Notes: generated by a model not told the origin, from the sequence alone. DNA of 64,000 nucleotides from an uncultured virus (IMG/VR IMGVR_UViG_3300021964_000019) (IMGVR_UViG_3300021964_000019); one strand, 5' to 3'; positions 27,142 through 38,156 are shown, counted from the stretch's first letter. Program-made: numbers and translations.

Positions 27142-28316
27142 AGTGAAAATCCTTTAAAAGTGTTTTGATTAATATCTTGTTTAGTGCCGCCGATAACATA
27201 ACTAGAGATTTCAGTTTCCTGTGGTGCTACCTGTACTTCTGCTCCTGAAATCCATTTTTGTGTCCACGGTAGAGGATTTGCTCTTGGAACATTGTAAGGA
27301 GAAGTTAATCCGATCGCTATCATACGTTTATTACCGATCCATTCAATATAGTCTTTAAGCAGTTGGGCATTAAGACCGATCATAGAGCCGTCTTTAAATA
27401 GATAATCTGCCCATTCTTTTTCTTGTTCAATAGCTTCTACAAACATTTGCACAATTTCTTCTTCACACTCTTTTGCAATTTTAGCAAAATCTGGATCATC
27501 TTGTGGCAACAGCTTAAGAATTTGTTGAGTCGAACCAAGATGTACATTTTCATCACGGGCAATCAGTTTAATAATTTTAGCATTGCCTTCCATCTTTTTT
27601 AGTTCTGCAAATGCCCAAGAACACGCGAATGAAACGTAAAAACGAACACCTTCAAGAATATTTACACTAGCCATACATAAATATAATTTTCTTTTTAATT
27701 CTTTTAAACTAATATCTTTTACTGTATATTTTGACTCTACAGAGATCGGTTTACCATCAACATAGTTAGTCTTTCCAAGAGTTTGTACTTTATGTACTCC
27801 TGTTCCTAGTATTTTGTACCACTGTGTCATCTCAAGCAAATCATCATAGTGTTTTGAAATTGAAGAAGCACAGTCTACTATTTCTTGAATATCCATCAGT
27901 TCATCAAACACTTTTGATGGGTTTGGATATACATTACGAATAATATGTGTATAAGAACGGCTATGTATAGTTTCTGAAAAAGACCAGGTTTCAATCCAAG
28001 TTTCTAATTCTGGTATTGTAACTACAGGAAGAAACGCAAGATTAGGAGATCTACCTTGTACAGAGTCTAAAACAATTTGTCTTTTTAGATTAGCTGTAAA
28101 AATATGCTGTTCGTGTTCTGATAGATTTTTAAAATCTGCCGCATCACGTAATATATCTACTTCTTCTGGTCTCCAGAAAAAACCAAGCTGTTTATCGGTT
28201 AGTTTATCAAATGCGCGATACTTGAGAGTATCATATCTTTGCATACCTAGTTCTTCTTCATCAAAAAACATTTGTGCTTTTGTGTGATCATTTTTCTTTG
28301 TGTTTAAAACTGACAT
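27138..28316 (-). CDS. nrdB: Ribonucleotide reductase class Ia beta subunit
   Basis: FFWRPEEV, LDSVQGR, ETIHSRSY, LEGVRFYVSF, RDENVH, APQETEISSY. Confidence 0.97.
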   Translation of the reverse strand: MSVLNTKKNDHTKAQMFFDEEELGMQRYDTLKYRAFDKLTDKQLGFFWRPEEVDILRDAADFKNLSEHEQHIFTANLKRQIVLDSVQGRSPNLAFLPVVTIPELETWIETWSFSETIHSRSYTHIIRNVYPNPSKVFDELMDIQEIVDCASSISKHYDDLLEMTQWYKILGTGVHKVQTLGKTNYVDGKPISVESKYTVKDISLKELKRKLYLCMASVNILEGVRFYVSFACSWAFAELKKMEGNAKIIKLIARDENVHLGSTQQILKLLPQDDPDFAKIAKECEEEIVQMFVEAIEQEKEWADYLFKDGSMIGLNAQLLKDYIEWIGNKRMIAIGLTSPYNVPRANPLPWTQKWISGAEVQVAPQETEISSYVIGGTKQDINQNTFKGFSL

Positions 28317-28320
28317 CCTC

Positions 28321-28725
28321 TTACCTATTAAATCTTAAGTTATATTTTTTTCCATTTGACCAAAAAGTAACAGTGCTGTGACTATATACTTCTTTAGTTT
28401 CTTCTTGGTATCTAGTTTCTAATTGACATTGTTTTTGAATACTGTCTTTTGCATCGCTATTTTGATTAGCAATAATACCACCAAGCAATGCACCAACAGC
28501 TCCGCCATTGTCTACATTTTTAGTAACGTTATTACCAATTGCTCCGCCAATAATTGCACCCATTAGGGTATCTTTAGTTTTATCTCCTGATACTACTACA
28601 TCTTTGCATATTTCAACAGTATAAGGTTTTTGTTCTATAATTGTTTTATAATGGTCATTAATAACAGCATCTTCTGCTAATGCAGGAGATGATATTAATA
28701 ACCCTACCATAAGTAATTTTTTCAT
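28321..28725 (-). CDS. Exported glycine-zipper 2TM protein
   Basis: Signal peptide; GAIIGGAIG...GAVGALLGG; Cys pair; SD AGGAG. Confidence 0.8.
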   Translation of the reverse strand: MKKLLMVGLLISSPALAEDAVINDHYKTIIEQKPYTVEICKDVVVSGDKTKDTLMGAIIGGAIGNNVTKNVDNGGAVGALLGGIIANQNSDAKDSIQKQCQLETRYQEETKEVYSHSTVTFWSNGKKYNLRFNR

Positions 28726-28733
28726 AATATCTC

Positions 28734-31025
28734 CTAAATTACACAACTTTCACAAGCTGCTTCATCATCTAAATCTTCAAGAGGAAGTTCTTCATTTAGT
28801 TTATTGATATCTATTTCTCCTTGTCCATCAAAGGTATTGAAATAGTATAGCTGTTTTCCTCCATACTTATAAAACATTAACAAATGCTGTAACATAACAC
28901 TCATTGGAATTTTTTCATCTTCAAAATGTTGTGGGTTATATGAGGTATTTACTGAAATACCTTGATCAATATATTTTTGTAAGATAGCACATATTTTAAG
29001 GTATCCTTCTGGAGATTTTTGATCCCATAGTAAATCATATTTCTTTTTGAGTTTATGAATACCTGGAACTACTTGTTTTAACACTCCGTCTTTTGATTGT
29101 TTTACTGATACAAAAGAACGAGGTGGTTCAATACCGTTAGTAGCATTAGAAATTTGAGCAGATGTTTCAGCTGGCATGAGTGCCATTAATGTTGAATTAC
29201 GAATACCATCATTTCTTAGTTGCATTCTTAGTATTTCCCAATTAAATCTTTCTTTATGCTCTACTAATTCATCAACTTCTCTTTTTCTAGTATCTATAGG
29301 TAAAATACCTTCTGAATATTTTGTTTCTCTAAACGCTGTACAAGGTTCTTTTTCTTGTGCTAGTTTATGAGAGGCTCTAATTAGATAATAACTCCATGCT
29401 TCGGCATATTCATCAACTAATTCAAGATCTGGATTTTGATAAGTAGTGTTATTTTTAGCTAACCAATACGCTAAATTGATAATGCCAATACCTAAAGGCC
29501 TGCGTTTCATGGTTGAATTATATGCCGCCTTTACTGGGTAGTTTTGATAATCAAGCAACGCATCTAATCCACGAACTGCTAATTCACAAGGTTTTTCAAA
29601 GTCTTCGGGTTTTTTAATATTACCCCAGTTAATCGCACTAAGAGTACATAATGCAATCTCACCTTCTTCATCATTAAAATCATTTAATGGTTTTGTGGGT
29701 AAATCAATCTCACAACAAAGATTAGACTGATGTACAGGGGCAGTTTTTTCATCAAAAGAAGAATGAGTATTAGCATGATCAACATTCATAAGATAAATGC
29801 GACCTGTGTTTTTCCTTTCTTCAATAAAAGAAGAAAATAGATCAATTGCCTTAATTGTTTTCTTTCTAATTGCAGGATTTTTTTCTGCCTTTTCATATAC
29901 AATTTTAAATAGTTCTTGATCATTAAAAAAAGAATTATAAAGGTGTGGGACGTCAGATGGAGAGAATAGTGTGATATCACCCCCTTCTAGCAATCTTTCG
30001 TACATAAGTTTATTAAACTGTACTCCATAATCCATATGACGTACCCTATTGTCTTCAGTACCTTTATTATTTTTTAATACTAACAAGTCTTCAACTTCCA
30101 AGTGCCAAATGGGATAGTATAAGGTAGCTGCTCCGTTTCGCACTCCTCCTTGAGAGCAGGATCTAGTTGCTGCTTGAAACATTTTATAAAATGGAACAAC
30201 TCCTGTATGGTAAGCGTCTCCGCTTCTAATTGGACTTCCAAGTGCTCGAATGCTTCCTGCTCCGATGCCGATGCCAGCTTTTTGACTGACATATTTAACA
30301 ATAGAGCTAGTAGTAGCATTAATAGAGTCCAACGAATCATCTGTCTCAATAAGGACACAGGAAGAAAATTGTCGTTGTGGAGTTCGTACACCTGCCATAA
30401 CAGGAGTAGGAAGACTAATATCAAAGGTAGATATTGCATCATAATAATCTTTCACCCATTTAATTCTAGTATCTTTTGGATAATCCATAAATAGTGTCAT
30501 AGCAATTAACATATAAGCCATTTGAGGAGTTTCATAAATCTCTCCTGTAACTCTATTTTGAACTAGATACTTTCCTCTAAACTGCTCCATTGCAGCATAG
30601 GTTAATATTTCATCTCTTTTATGTTTAATATATTTATTTAATAATTCAAATTCTTTTTTAGAATAACTTTCTACAATGTTTGAATCATAAAAACCTCTTT
30701 CAATATTTTTTTCTACTAGATCAGTAAGATCCCAAGGTTCATACTGATTATAAACCATTTTTCTTAAATGATAAGTAATAAGTCTACCAGCAACGTGTTG
30801 ATAGTTAGGCGTCTCTTCAGAAATCAAATCAGCAGCACTTTTAATAAGTGTTTCTTGTATGTCAGAAGATTTTATCCCATCATAGAATTGTAACTGACTA
30901 TGCATCTCAACTTCGCTAGCAGATACTCCTGCAATATCCTCACAAGCAAAGAATACTACTTTATGTAGTTTTTCAATGTCTAAAGGTTCAGTAGTTCCGT
31001 CTCTTTTAGTTACGTTAATAGTCAT
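28734..31025 (-). CDS. nrdA: Ribonucleotide reductase class Ia alpha subunit with ATP cone
   Basis: VTKRDG ATP cone, QFSSC, SNLCCEI, ALCTL, MPAETSAQ, C-terminal CESC. Confidence 0.97.
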   Translation of the reverse strand: MTINVTKRDGTTEPLDIEKLHKVVFFACEDIAGVSASEVEMHSQLQFYDGIKSSDIQETLIKSAADLISEETPNYQHVAGRLITYHLRKMVYNQYEPWDLTDLVEKNIERGFYDSNIVESYSKKEFELLNKYIKHKRDEILTYAAMEQFRGKYLVQNRVTGEIYETPQMAYMLIAMTLFMDYPKDTRIKWVKDYYDAISTFDISLPTPVMAGVRTPQRQFSSCVLIETDDSLDSINATTSSIVKYVSQKAGIGIGAGSIRALGSPIRSGDAYHTGVVPFYKMFQAATRSCSQGGVRNGAATLYYPIWHLEVEDLLVLKNNKGTEDNRVRHMDYGVQFNKLMYERLLEGGDITLFSPSDVPHLYNSFFNDQELFKIVYEKAEKNPAIRKKTIKAIDLFSSFIEERKNTGRIYLMNVDHANTHSSFDEKTAPVHQSNLCCEIDLPTKPLNDFNDEEGEIALCTLSAINWGNIKKPEDFEKPCELAVRGLDALLDYQNYPVKAAYNSTMKRRPLGIGIINLAYWLAKNNTTYQNPDLELVDEYAEAWSYYLIRASHKLAQEKEPCTAFRETKYSEGILPIDTRKREVDELVEHKERFNWEILRMQLRNDGIRNSTLMALMPAETSAQISNATNGIEPPRSFVSVKQSKDGVLKQVVPGIHKLKKKYDLLWDQKSPEGYLKICAILQKYIDQGISVNTSYNPQHFEDEKIPMSVMLQHLLMFYKYGGKQLYYFNTFDGQGEIDINKLNEELPLEDLDDEAACESCVI

Positions 31026-31035
31026 TTCAAATCCT

Positions 31036-32865
31036 CTAAATACTGCTTATATTGTTTTCTTTTTTAATTTGTATTTTATCTATTAATGGATGTGTAAAAT
31101 CATGGGATATTAGAAATACATTTAACCCATATTCTTCTTGTAACACTTCTATTAGTTTCTCTTTTCCTTCTTCATCAAGCACTCCAGTTATCTCATCAAG
31201 AAATAAAAGATTTATATGATTACCTCCAATTTTGGACATAACCTTTCTAATGGCTAAAAGTATTGATGTTTGGATTCTACTAAATTCACCGCTTGAAACG
31301 GTTTCTATAGGTGTGTCTACTCCATTGTTCACTACGATAATATTTAGCTTTTCACCTGTTAATCTAAAAACAACTTGAAATTGTCCATCAGATAACTCAG
31401 CCAAATATAAATTAATTTGTTCTTCTAATTCTTTTGTTAAATTCTCTAACTTAAAAGCAACAATGCCTGTAGTGCTGAAAGCTTTTTTGAGAATGTTTAA
31501 GTGTTTATTTTTTAATTGTAAAGAAATTATATCATCGTTCAGGAGCTTTCGTCTATTTAAAAATTGTCTTTTTTGCTCTCTGAGAGCTTCTATTTTTGTA
31601 TTAAAGATCTTCACTTGCTCATTGTGATCTACAGCATCTTGATAATTTTTTTCTTGTTTTTTTAATTCTGTTTGAGTATTAGTTAAACTTTCTTTAATCT
31701 CAGAATAGTCTGGATAATTAGTTTGTAAAGAAAAATCGATTATCTGAGAAAGATTTTCGAATCTCTCACTCGCTTTTTGATTAATTAAAAACGCATCAAT
31801 TTCTGATTGAATCTCATTTTTACGAATTTTTAACTCAGATAATTTTTCTCGATCTACGTTTCTATATTGTGTAAAATCATTTATATCAGACGAAAGTCTT
31901 TCTTTCATTTGAACAGCATGAGAGTTATCAAGAGGTTGACCACACGCGTAACACGTGTCTGCTGTGTCTAAATCTGATAATGAAGCATTTGCTTTTTTAA
32001 TATCAGAGTCGATACTTTGAATATTACTCTGAACTTTTGTAATTTCGGATTGCGTTTGTTCGTATTCTCTATAGTCTGGCTCTTTTAAAGATACATTGAA
32101 TACTAAAGACTCTCTTTCTTCTATTAAAAGATTATTTCTATCTATTTTTTTACAAAGGTCATTGTAATCAGCAAGATCATTTTCTAGTCTTGCTACTTTA
32201 TTTCTTAGATTATCATCTATAGAAGGAATGTCAATTAGTTCTTTTTCTTCATCAATATGAGCTGTACTAATAAACTCATCAATGCCTTTTAGCTCTCCTT
32301 CTAGCTTAAGTTGCTCTCTGTCTGACGCATTGAGTTTTACTTTAATTGCTTCTCCAATTGCAATATATTTTTCTAAGTTAAAAAGATTAATTAGAAACTT
32401 TTTACGATTAGTGTCTGTTGCTTTTAAAAACTCTAACAAGTCTGTAGAAGACTGATAGGTTAGTTGAGAAAAAACTTCAAAATCTAACCCTACTACTTCT
32501 TGTATTTTTTTATAAGTGTCTAACACTTTATGTTCGGTTAAGTCTTCATTACCTGCTAAAAATTTTACTTTTGTTGCTGCTCCTGTTCTTTTCACTTCAA
32601 CTTGATAGTCTTTTTCGTTTGCTGTAAAAGTTAGATTAGCATCCCAATTCTTAACTTTTGAATATCTGTTAAGAATATCTCCTTTTTTAATTCCTTTTAT
32701 GTTTTTATTGAATAAGACTTCTTGTAATATAAGAGCAATACTAGATTTTCCACTACCATTAGGAGCAGTTAATTGAGTAATTCTATTATTATTAAAAGTA
32801 ATTTTATTATTTTCTCCATAACTAAACATATTAGAGAAATTCAGTTCTTTTAAAATGATTGACAT
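31036..32865 (-). CDS. SbcC/Rad50-like ATPase (T5 D13-like)
   Basis: APNGSGKS, CYACGQ zinc hook, SSGE, LFLDE, LISH. Confidence 0.92.
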   Translation of the reverse strand: MSIILKELNFSNMFSYGENNKITFNNNRITQLTAPNGSGKSSIALILQEVLFNKNIKGIKKGDILNRYSKVKNWDANLTFTANEKDYQVEVKRTGAATKVKFLAGNEDLTEHKVLDTYKKIQEVVGLDFEVFSQLTYQSSTDLLEFLKATDTNRKKFLINLFNLEKYIAIGEAIKVKLNASDREQLKLEGELKGIDEFISTAHIDEEKELIDIPSIDDNLRNKVARLENDLADYNDLCKKIDRNNLLIEERESLVFNVSLKEPDYREYEQTQSEITKVQSNIQSIDSDIKKANASLSDLDTADTCYACGQPLDNSHAVQMKERLSSDINDFTQYRNVDREKLSELKIRKNEIQSEIDAFLINQKASERFENLSQIIDFSLQTNYPDYSEIKESLTNTQTELKKQEKNYQDAVDHNEQVKIFNTKIEALREQKRQFLNRRKLLNDDIISLQLKNKHLNILKKAFSTTGIVAFKLENLTKELEEQINLYLAELSDGQFQVVFRLTGEKLNIIVVNNGVDTPIETVSSGEFSRIQTSILLAIRKVMSKIGGNHINLLFLDEITGVLDEEGKEKLIEVLQEEYGLNVFLISHDFTHPLIDKIQIKKENNISSI

Positions 32866-32869
32866 AGTT

Positions 32870-33427
32870 TTACCATAAAGTTTGTGTTGGTGGGTATAAA
32901 GGCCTAGTTACTGTTAATAATTCTAAATTAATACTAACTCTCCAATCATCAGAATTTTTTTGAGGCATAGGTTTATGATCGAGCCAGTAAGGAAAAAAAT
33001 AAATAAAGCCTTCTTTTACTTGTATTTCGTCTACAGCTTCTCCTTCTCTAATAGCTAGAGTTCCTGTAGGATCAGGTATTTTTGGATACCAAACTGCGTT
33101 AATTGTAGTAGTTCTTTTATGATTATGCCACACATTACTGCTAGTTTCTTTATTTTGTACATAAGTCCAAGCAATTTCTCTATTTCTCTGATCTACAATT
33201 ACATTATCAAAGTTATTAACACACAGTTTGAAAAAATAAGCATATATCTCTTTAATCAAAGGAAATTTATGAGGATCTAGTCTGACATTATAACCAAACT
33301 GTAAATCAAAATCACTTTGAAAAGTCTTTATTGCATATTCAGCTATTTCTTGTTTATACTGATTAATCTCTGTTGCTTCTGTATATAAAAAATATCCATA
33401 ATCAGGATAGAGACATTCTAGTTTCAT
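32870..33427 (-). CDS. Putative 2OG-Fe(II) oxygenase
   Basis: WHNH, AVWY, FFPYWLDH, RVSIN. Confidence 0.65.
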   Translation of the reverse strand: MKLECLYPDYGYFLYTEATEINQYKQEIAEYAIKTFQSDFDLQFGYNVRLDPHKFPLIKEIYAYFFKLCVNNFDNVIVDQRNREIAWTYVQNKETSSNVWHNHKRTTTINAVWYPKIPDPTGTLAIREGEAVDEIQVKEGFIYFFPYWLDHKPMPQKNSDDWRVSINLELLTVTRPLYPPTQTLW

Positions 33428-34392
33428 TTTTCTACCTGTAAATCATTAAATTCGTTTAGAGTACCTTCAATGTCTGAGACCTTTATATATTCAAGATACT
33501 TTCTTAATTCTTCTGTTAGTGATAAATTTTTTAAATCTAGTGTAGCTTCTTCTGACGGTTCATAAGACACTTTTTTATCTAGTAATTCTGAATTTTTAAT
33601 TTTTGAAAGATCATCAATCGACCCTACAACTTCATACACTACATGGTCATAGCCATCAGGTTTCATCTCTTCTTCAGATTTTATTGTTTTTCTGATTAGT
33701 TTTGGTAGCTTTAAATCAATAAATTCAACTGAATAATTAGAACTATCAATAAAATTAAATATATTAACTCCATATTCTTTGTTATTATCACGATCAAAAT
33801 GAGTGTTTATAGGACTACCGCTATAATAGGCTCCATAATCTTTATACCTATGATTAAAGTGAATATCTCCTAATAAGATTAAACCCCATTTTCTAATCTT
33901 TTCAAAATCATACTCAGCCGTAATATGAGGAGGTACTTCACCTCTAATATGTGCAACTAAAATATCTCCTTCATGATATTCTGGTAAGTTATCTACTTGC
34001 ATTTCTCCGTATGGCCAAAACTGTATTCCTGGCTCATTAGGCTCTTTTATTCTTTGATTTTTGGTAAAAAGTCTGACGTTAGGATTAGTAATAACTGCGT
34101 CTTCTAAAAAGTGCTCTAAAAAGGTTTCGCCCTTCTTTGTTGCTTCATGATTACCTGGAATTATATAGGTAGGTATAGACACACAATTAATGTAAGATAA
34201 AAACAAACATATTTCATCAGGTTCTGGCTTTCTGTCGAATACATCTCCTGCAATGATGTGTATGTCACAAGATTCTTCAAGCTGATGAAGTTTTTGAAAC
34301 ATCAGCTTGAAACGTTTTTCTTGCCACTCAATAGGTACTTTTTTCTTATGTAGGTTAATGTGCCAGTCAGCTGAGTGAAGTATTTTTGTCAT
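33424..34392 (-). CDS. SbcD/Mre11-like nuclease (T5 D12-like)
   Basis: ADWH, AGDVFD, PGNHE, LGDIH, YSGSP. Confidence 0.92.
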   Translation of the reverse strand: MTKILHSADWHINLHKKKVPIEWQEKRFKLMFQKLHQLEESCDIHIIAGDVFDRKPEPDEICLFLSYINCVSIPTYIIPGNHEATKKGETFLEHFLEDAVITNPNVRLFTKNQRIKEPNEPGIQFWPYGEMQVDNLPEYHEGDILVAHIRGEVPPHITAEYDFEKIRKWGLILLGDIHFNHRYKDYGAYYSGSPINTHFDRDNNKEYGVNIFNFIDSSNYSVEFIDLKLPKLIRKTIKSEEEMKPDGYDHVVYEVVGSIDDLSKIKNSELLDKKVSYEPSEEATLDLKNLSLTEELRKYLEYIKVSDIEGTLNEFNDLQVEK

Positions 34393-35241
34393 TTAATTAT
34401 TCCAATTAAATATTTTGTTAACATCACCCTGGAAAGTATAACTTCCAACATGATTAAGTTTAGTATTTGGATCTAACCAGATTTCTCCACCAATTTTCTG
34501 CCAACGACGACAGAAAGTATAGTCTTCTGATAGGTATCTATTATCATCTGGATCATGAATAGTATCAAATAGTGAATAGCAGTATTGATTAAATTTAGGG
34601 TCAATAGAACTATCGTTAATATAGTAGAGTTCTGGATATGCTTCAATCATTTTTTCAATAGTATCTCTACGAATCATAAAAAATCCTGTAGAAGCATCTA
34701 AAACTTCAACTGCTCCGTTTTCTACTCTTACTTGTTTACGCTCTTTATCAACAAACTTTAAATTAATTGCATAGTCTATTGGTAAAGTCTTTTTTGGATA
34801 CGCTCCTGCAATAATAGGTTTATCCATTGCTAACATTCTAATAATTGCTTCTGAATCCCATTCAATATCTGCGTCAATAAACATCAAATGAGTACAATTA
34901 CTTTCTAAAAACATAGCAGTAAGAATATTACGTGCTCTCGTAATTAGACTTTCATTTCTAAGAGTAGTAAGTCTAAAATTAATCCCGTGCTGAATTAGTG
35001 TTTGTGTAGTTTTAAACATACTTAAAAAGAATTGATCAGTAATTAATCCACCATAACAAGGTGTGGCAAAAAAGATATTATTCTTTCTTAACACTGAAGT
35101 ATCAATAGTAACTTGATTGCCTTCAATTTGTTTTATAGCGGCAGGTAGTGACACTGCCCCCTCAGTTTTTTTCTGAGGAGATTGTGCCGGTTTACTTTCA
35201 TTTTCTTCTAGTATATCTGAAAGTTTGTATTTTTTAGCCAT
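34393..35241 (-). CDS. GT-A fold glycosyltransferase
   Basis: ATPCYGG, SLITRARN, FIDADI (DxD), LSEDYTFC, LNHVG. Confidence 0.75.
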   Translation of the reverse strand: MAKKYKLSDILEENESKPAQSPQKKTEGAVSLPAAIKQIEGNQVTIDTSVLRKNNIFFATPCYGGLITDQFFLSMFKTTQTLIQHGINFRLTTLRNESLITRARNILTAMFLESNCTHLMFIDADIEWDSEAIIRMLAMDKPIIAGAYPKKTLPIDYAINLKFVDKERKQVRVENGAVEVLDASTGFFMIRRDTIEKMIEAYPELYYINDSSIDPKFNQYCYSLFDTIHDPDDNRYLSEDYTFCRRWQKIGGEIWLDPNTKLNHVGSYTFQGDVNKIFNWNN

Positions 35242-35894
35242 TAGTCAAGGTCCTCTACGCTTTCAGGCGAAAACGAGTTGTCATCGTCAGCTGCAAACAT
35301 AGTAGTGTTTTCTAACAACCAACGTTTTTGTTCTGTATAGTCAGGTCTCTTATAGATACGATCTAGTTCAAATAGATCTGCTGACTTTTCTTCATCAGTT
35401 AATGCTGTAGATGCTCTTGCGGGTCTTACAGTATACTTTACGTTTTGAGGCAAAGGACCTGTTTTTTCTTTTACAATAGTAATGTCATACCCTGATGCTT
35501 CGTCTGCTGGATTACCATATTCAGCATCTTTAGCAAAGTCTACAATTTGACGATAAATAGTTGCTTTTAAATCAAATAGTTTTACTTGATTATCTCCTCG
35601 ATCAATCACATTACATACGTAAGCAAATTGAGGCTTATCTGCATAGATATCAGGTGAAATTTCATCAAAAGGATCTTCTGTTCCAGAAAACTGTTCGGTG
35701 TTTCGGTCAAACTTTAAACATTCTACTGGCATACGTTTTCCGTCTTTGGTAGTTAGCCAGTACACATAGCGAGGCAATACTTCGCCAATTAGTCTAATTT
35801 TATTATCTCCGTTTTGTAGTGTGATTCTTTGAATTTCTTTTCTATCGCTTGAGCCTTGTGATTTGATTCCTTGTGTTTTGTCCCATGATACCAT
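35241..35894 (-). CDS. Single-stranded DNA binding protein (T5 D11-like)
   Basis: RLIGEVLPRYVYW, GYDI...KTGP...NVKY, acidic tail; T5 synteny. Confidence 0.8.
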   Translation of the reverse strand: MVSWDKTQGIKSQGSSDRKEIQRITLQNGDNKIRLIGEVLPRYVYWLTTKDGKRMPVECLKFDRNTEQFSGTEDPFDEISPDIYADKPQFAYVCNVIDRGDNQVKLFDLKATIYRQIVDFAKDAEYGNPADEASGYDITIVKEKTGPLPQNVKYTVRPARASTALTDEEKSADLFELDRIYKRPDYTEQKRWLLENTTMFAADDDNSFSPESVEDLD

Positions 35895-35896
35895 GA

Positions 35897-36343
35897 TCAT
35901 TCTCCTTCATAGATAAATTTTAAGTTGTTGTTTTCATGTTTTGTCAGTGGATTATAAAGATTGGCAATAATTTCATCTTTAAAATTATCAATATCTAAAT
36001 AATCATTTTCATTAGATAACTTTCTGTGACCTAATAAATATATGTAATTTATTTTTTGTTCTAATGAAACATCTAAAAATAAAAATCTTTTATTTTTAAA
36101 ATATGCATCAGGTAATGTTGTTTTATACTTACTTACTATACCTTTTTTTGTATTTACTAATAAGTTTCTTTTAAACAAAGTGCTAGGTATTCTATTAATC
36201 TTTAAAGAATTCATAAGGTGTTTCGAATTCCACGCTATAATAGAATTATAACTTTTTGTGATAGCATATGTCAAGATTAATATAGATTCTGGTTCGTTAT
36301 TGGATTTTGTTTTTAGATCAAACCAGTTAAACATATATTTCAC
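35897..36343 (-). CDS. Hypothetical protein
   Basis: Occupies the slot between D10 and D11 as in T5; ATGA overlaps. Confidence 0.7.
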   Translation of the reverse strand: MKYMFNWFDLKTKSNNEPESILILTYAITKSYNSIIAWNSKHLMNSLKINRIPSTLFKRNLLVNTKKGIVSKYKTTLPDAYFKNKRFLFLDVSLEQKINYIYLLGHRKLSNENDYLDIDNFKDEIIANLYNPLTKHENNNLKFIYEGE

Positions 36344-37638
36344 AATACATACCCTCTGGTTTTATACCATTCTAATCTTTTTCTTTGTTGATTATTAACA
36401 ATGGCTCCTTTAAACCAAAAATCTTTTACAAGAGGAACATTCTTTTCTGGGTGTTCTCTGATTATTCTACCAATTCTTTGTTCTAATTTGATAGGGTTAT
36501 TATTAGGACAGGTTAGATAAAGAGTGTCTAACCTATGACATGAGATACCTTCATCAAATATTTTTGTAGAAAGTATCGCCATATATTTAGACCCTGCTGT
36601 TTTTAATATTTCTTTTCTATCTTCTTCACCTGTTTCACCAATAAGTAATACGCTTTTATTTATCATTTTTTGCAGAGTTTTTAACATATCAACTCTTTCA
36701 GATAATATCAATAAGCATCTACCGTTTGCTATGTCTTGAGTAGCTTCTTTTGCTATAAGAGATAATAAAGCTTTATTTTGTGTTATTTTATTCATTTGCC
36801 TTGACCAGTCTCGTTTAGGCTCTATAACATTAAAGGCTACGTCCGTATGTATTAATTCTATACGAGGAGTTTCGTGCTCTTTTTCGTCTCGTGCTACTAC
36901 TCTGAACGGTGTAAAAAAGTCATTTAATACAATGTGTTTTCCGTCTTTTCTACGGGGAGTTGCTGTTACTGCTATTTTAATCTTACAATTAATATTATTA
37001 ACTGTAGTAGAAAATAAATCAGCAGGACACAGATGTGCTTCGTCTACAAAAATTAAACTAAACTTATCTCTAATATGCTCCATATTATTATGAACACTTT
37101 TATATATTCCAACAGTTAAATTAGTTAATTTAAAGTCTCCATCTCCGATATATCCAATATCTGCATTTGGTATTAGTTTCTCTAATTCTTGTTGCCACTG
37201 TTTAAATAGTAGTTTTGTATGAACAATAATGAGTGTAGGCATATCAGCTTGAGCAATAAGAGAGCACGCTGCATAAGTTTTACCCCAACCACAAGGCGCC
37301 TGAAATAAACCACTTCTTACTCTACCTATCTTAAAGAAAGCATCTACTACATCTTGCTGTTCTTCTCTAAGACTACCGGCAAATTTAAATGCTTTGTCTG
37401 CTTCATTAGCAAAGAAATTTCTCTTATCTTTATATTCTTGAATATTCAACTTATAATAAGAGTTTGAAGGCACTGAATATACGTCTTCTTCTTCATCATA
37501 ATCATAGGTATAAAAAGTTACATCGTCTAGTATATAACTATACGCTCTTTCAAACTTCTCAATGTCTTCTATCGCATCACCATTGATATATATTTTATCT
37601 GATAGAGATGCGTATTTAATATTAATTTTTTCTGTCAT
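36340..37638 (-). CDS. SF2 helicase (T5 D10 / UvsW-like)
   Basis: APCGWGKT, DEAH, TATPRRKDG, EQRIGRIIR. Confidence 0.92.
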   Translation of the reverse strand: MTEKINIKYASLSDKIYINGDAIEDIEKFERAYSYILDDVTFYTYDYDEEEDVYSVPSNSYYKLNIQEYKDKRNFFANEADKAFKFAGSLREEQQDVVDAFFKIGRVRSGLFQAPCGWGKTYAACSLIAQADMPTLIIVHTKLLFKQWQQELEKLIPNADIGYIGDGDFKLTNLTVGIYKSVHNNMEHIRDKFSLIFVDEAHLCPADLFSTTVNNINCKIKIAVTATPRRKDGKHIVLNDFFTPFRVVARDEKEHETPRIELIHTDVAFNVIEPKRDWSRQMNKITQNKALLSLIAKEATQDIANGRCLLILSERVDMLKTLQKMINKSVLLIGETGEEDRKEILKTAGSKYMAILSTKIFDEGISCHRLDTLYLTCPNNNPIKLEQRIGRIIREHPEKNVPLVKDFWFKGAIVNNQQRKRLEWYKTRGYVL

Positions 37639-38156
37639 GTTACTAAATAGTTATCATAGTTAATATATTCATATGAAAGTTTTTTAATATACCAAACATT
37701 ATTAATACTTACTATAGTAGCCCATAGCTCATCTGCATTTGATTCTTCTACTATTACAGGAAGATTAAATGGAGCGAGTATTTTTTCTAACCAGATTTTA
37801 TTTCCTTTAATATTCTTTACTTTTCTACACTGTACTGGTAAGTTTTGTTTGTGTCCTAGATTAAATATTTTTCCAACAGCATCAACACACCATCCTAGAT
37901 TTTCATAACTAAAAACCAGTTGTTCTTTATTTAGGATAGTGTAGTCAAACTGTATTCTATTACTCATTTCTTCTTCTATATAAAATAGTCTTTCTACATA
38001 AGAATTAGCATCTTCAACCATAACATCAAAAATATATTCTTTACCATCAGGTTGTTTTATAATAGTAATACTATCTTCTTTAAAAGTTACTTTATAAGGA
38101 GCTTCTTTTAGTGCAAATGCAGGATAGTTAATAGTATCAATAATTTTACTTATCAT
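37635..38156 (-). CDS. Hypothetical protein
   Basis: Occupies the slot between pol and D10 as in T5. Confidence 0.7.
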   Translation of the reverse strand: MISKIIDTINYPAFALKEAPYKVTFKEDSITIIKQPDGKEYIFDVMVEDANSYVERLFYIEEEMSNRIQFDYTILNKEQLVFSYENLGWCVDAVGKIFNLGHKQNLPVQCRKVKNIKGNKIWLEKILAPFNLPVIVEESNADELWATIVSINNVWYIKKLSYEYINYDNYLVT

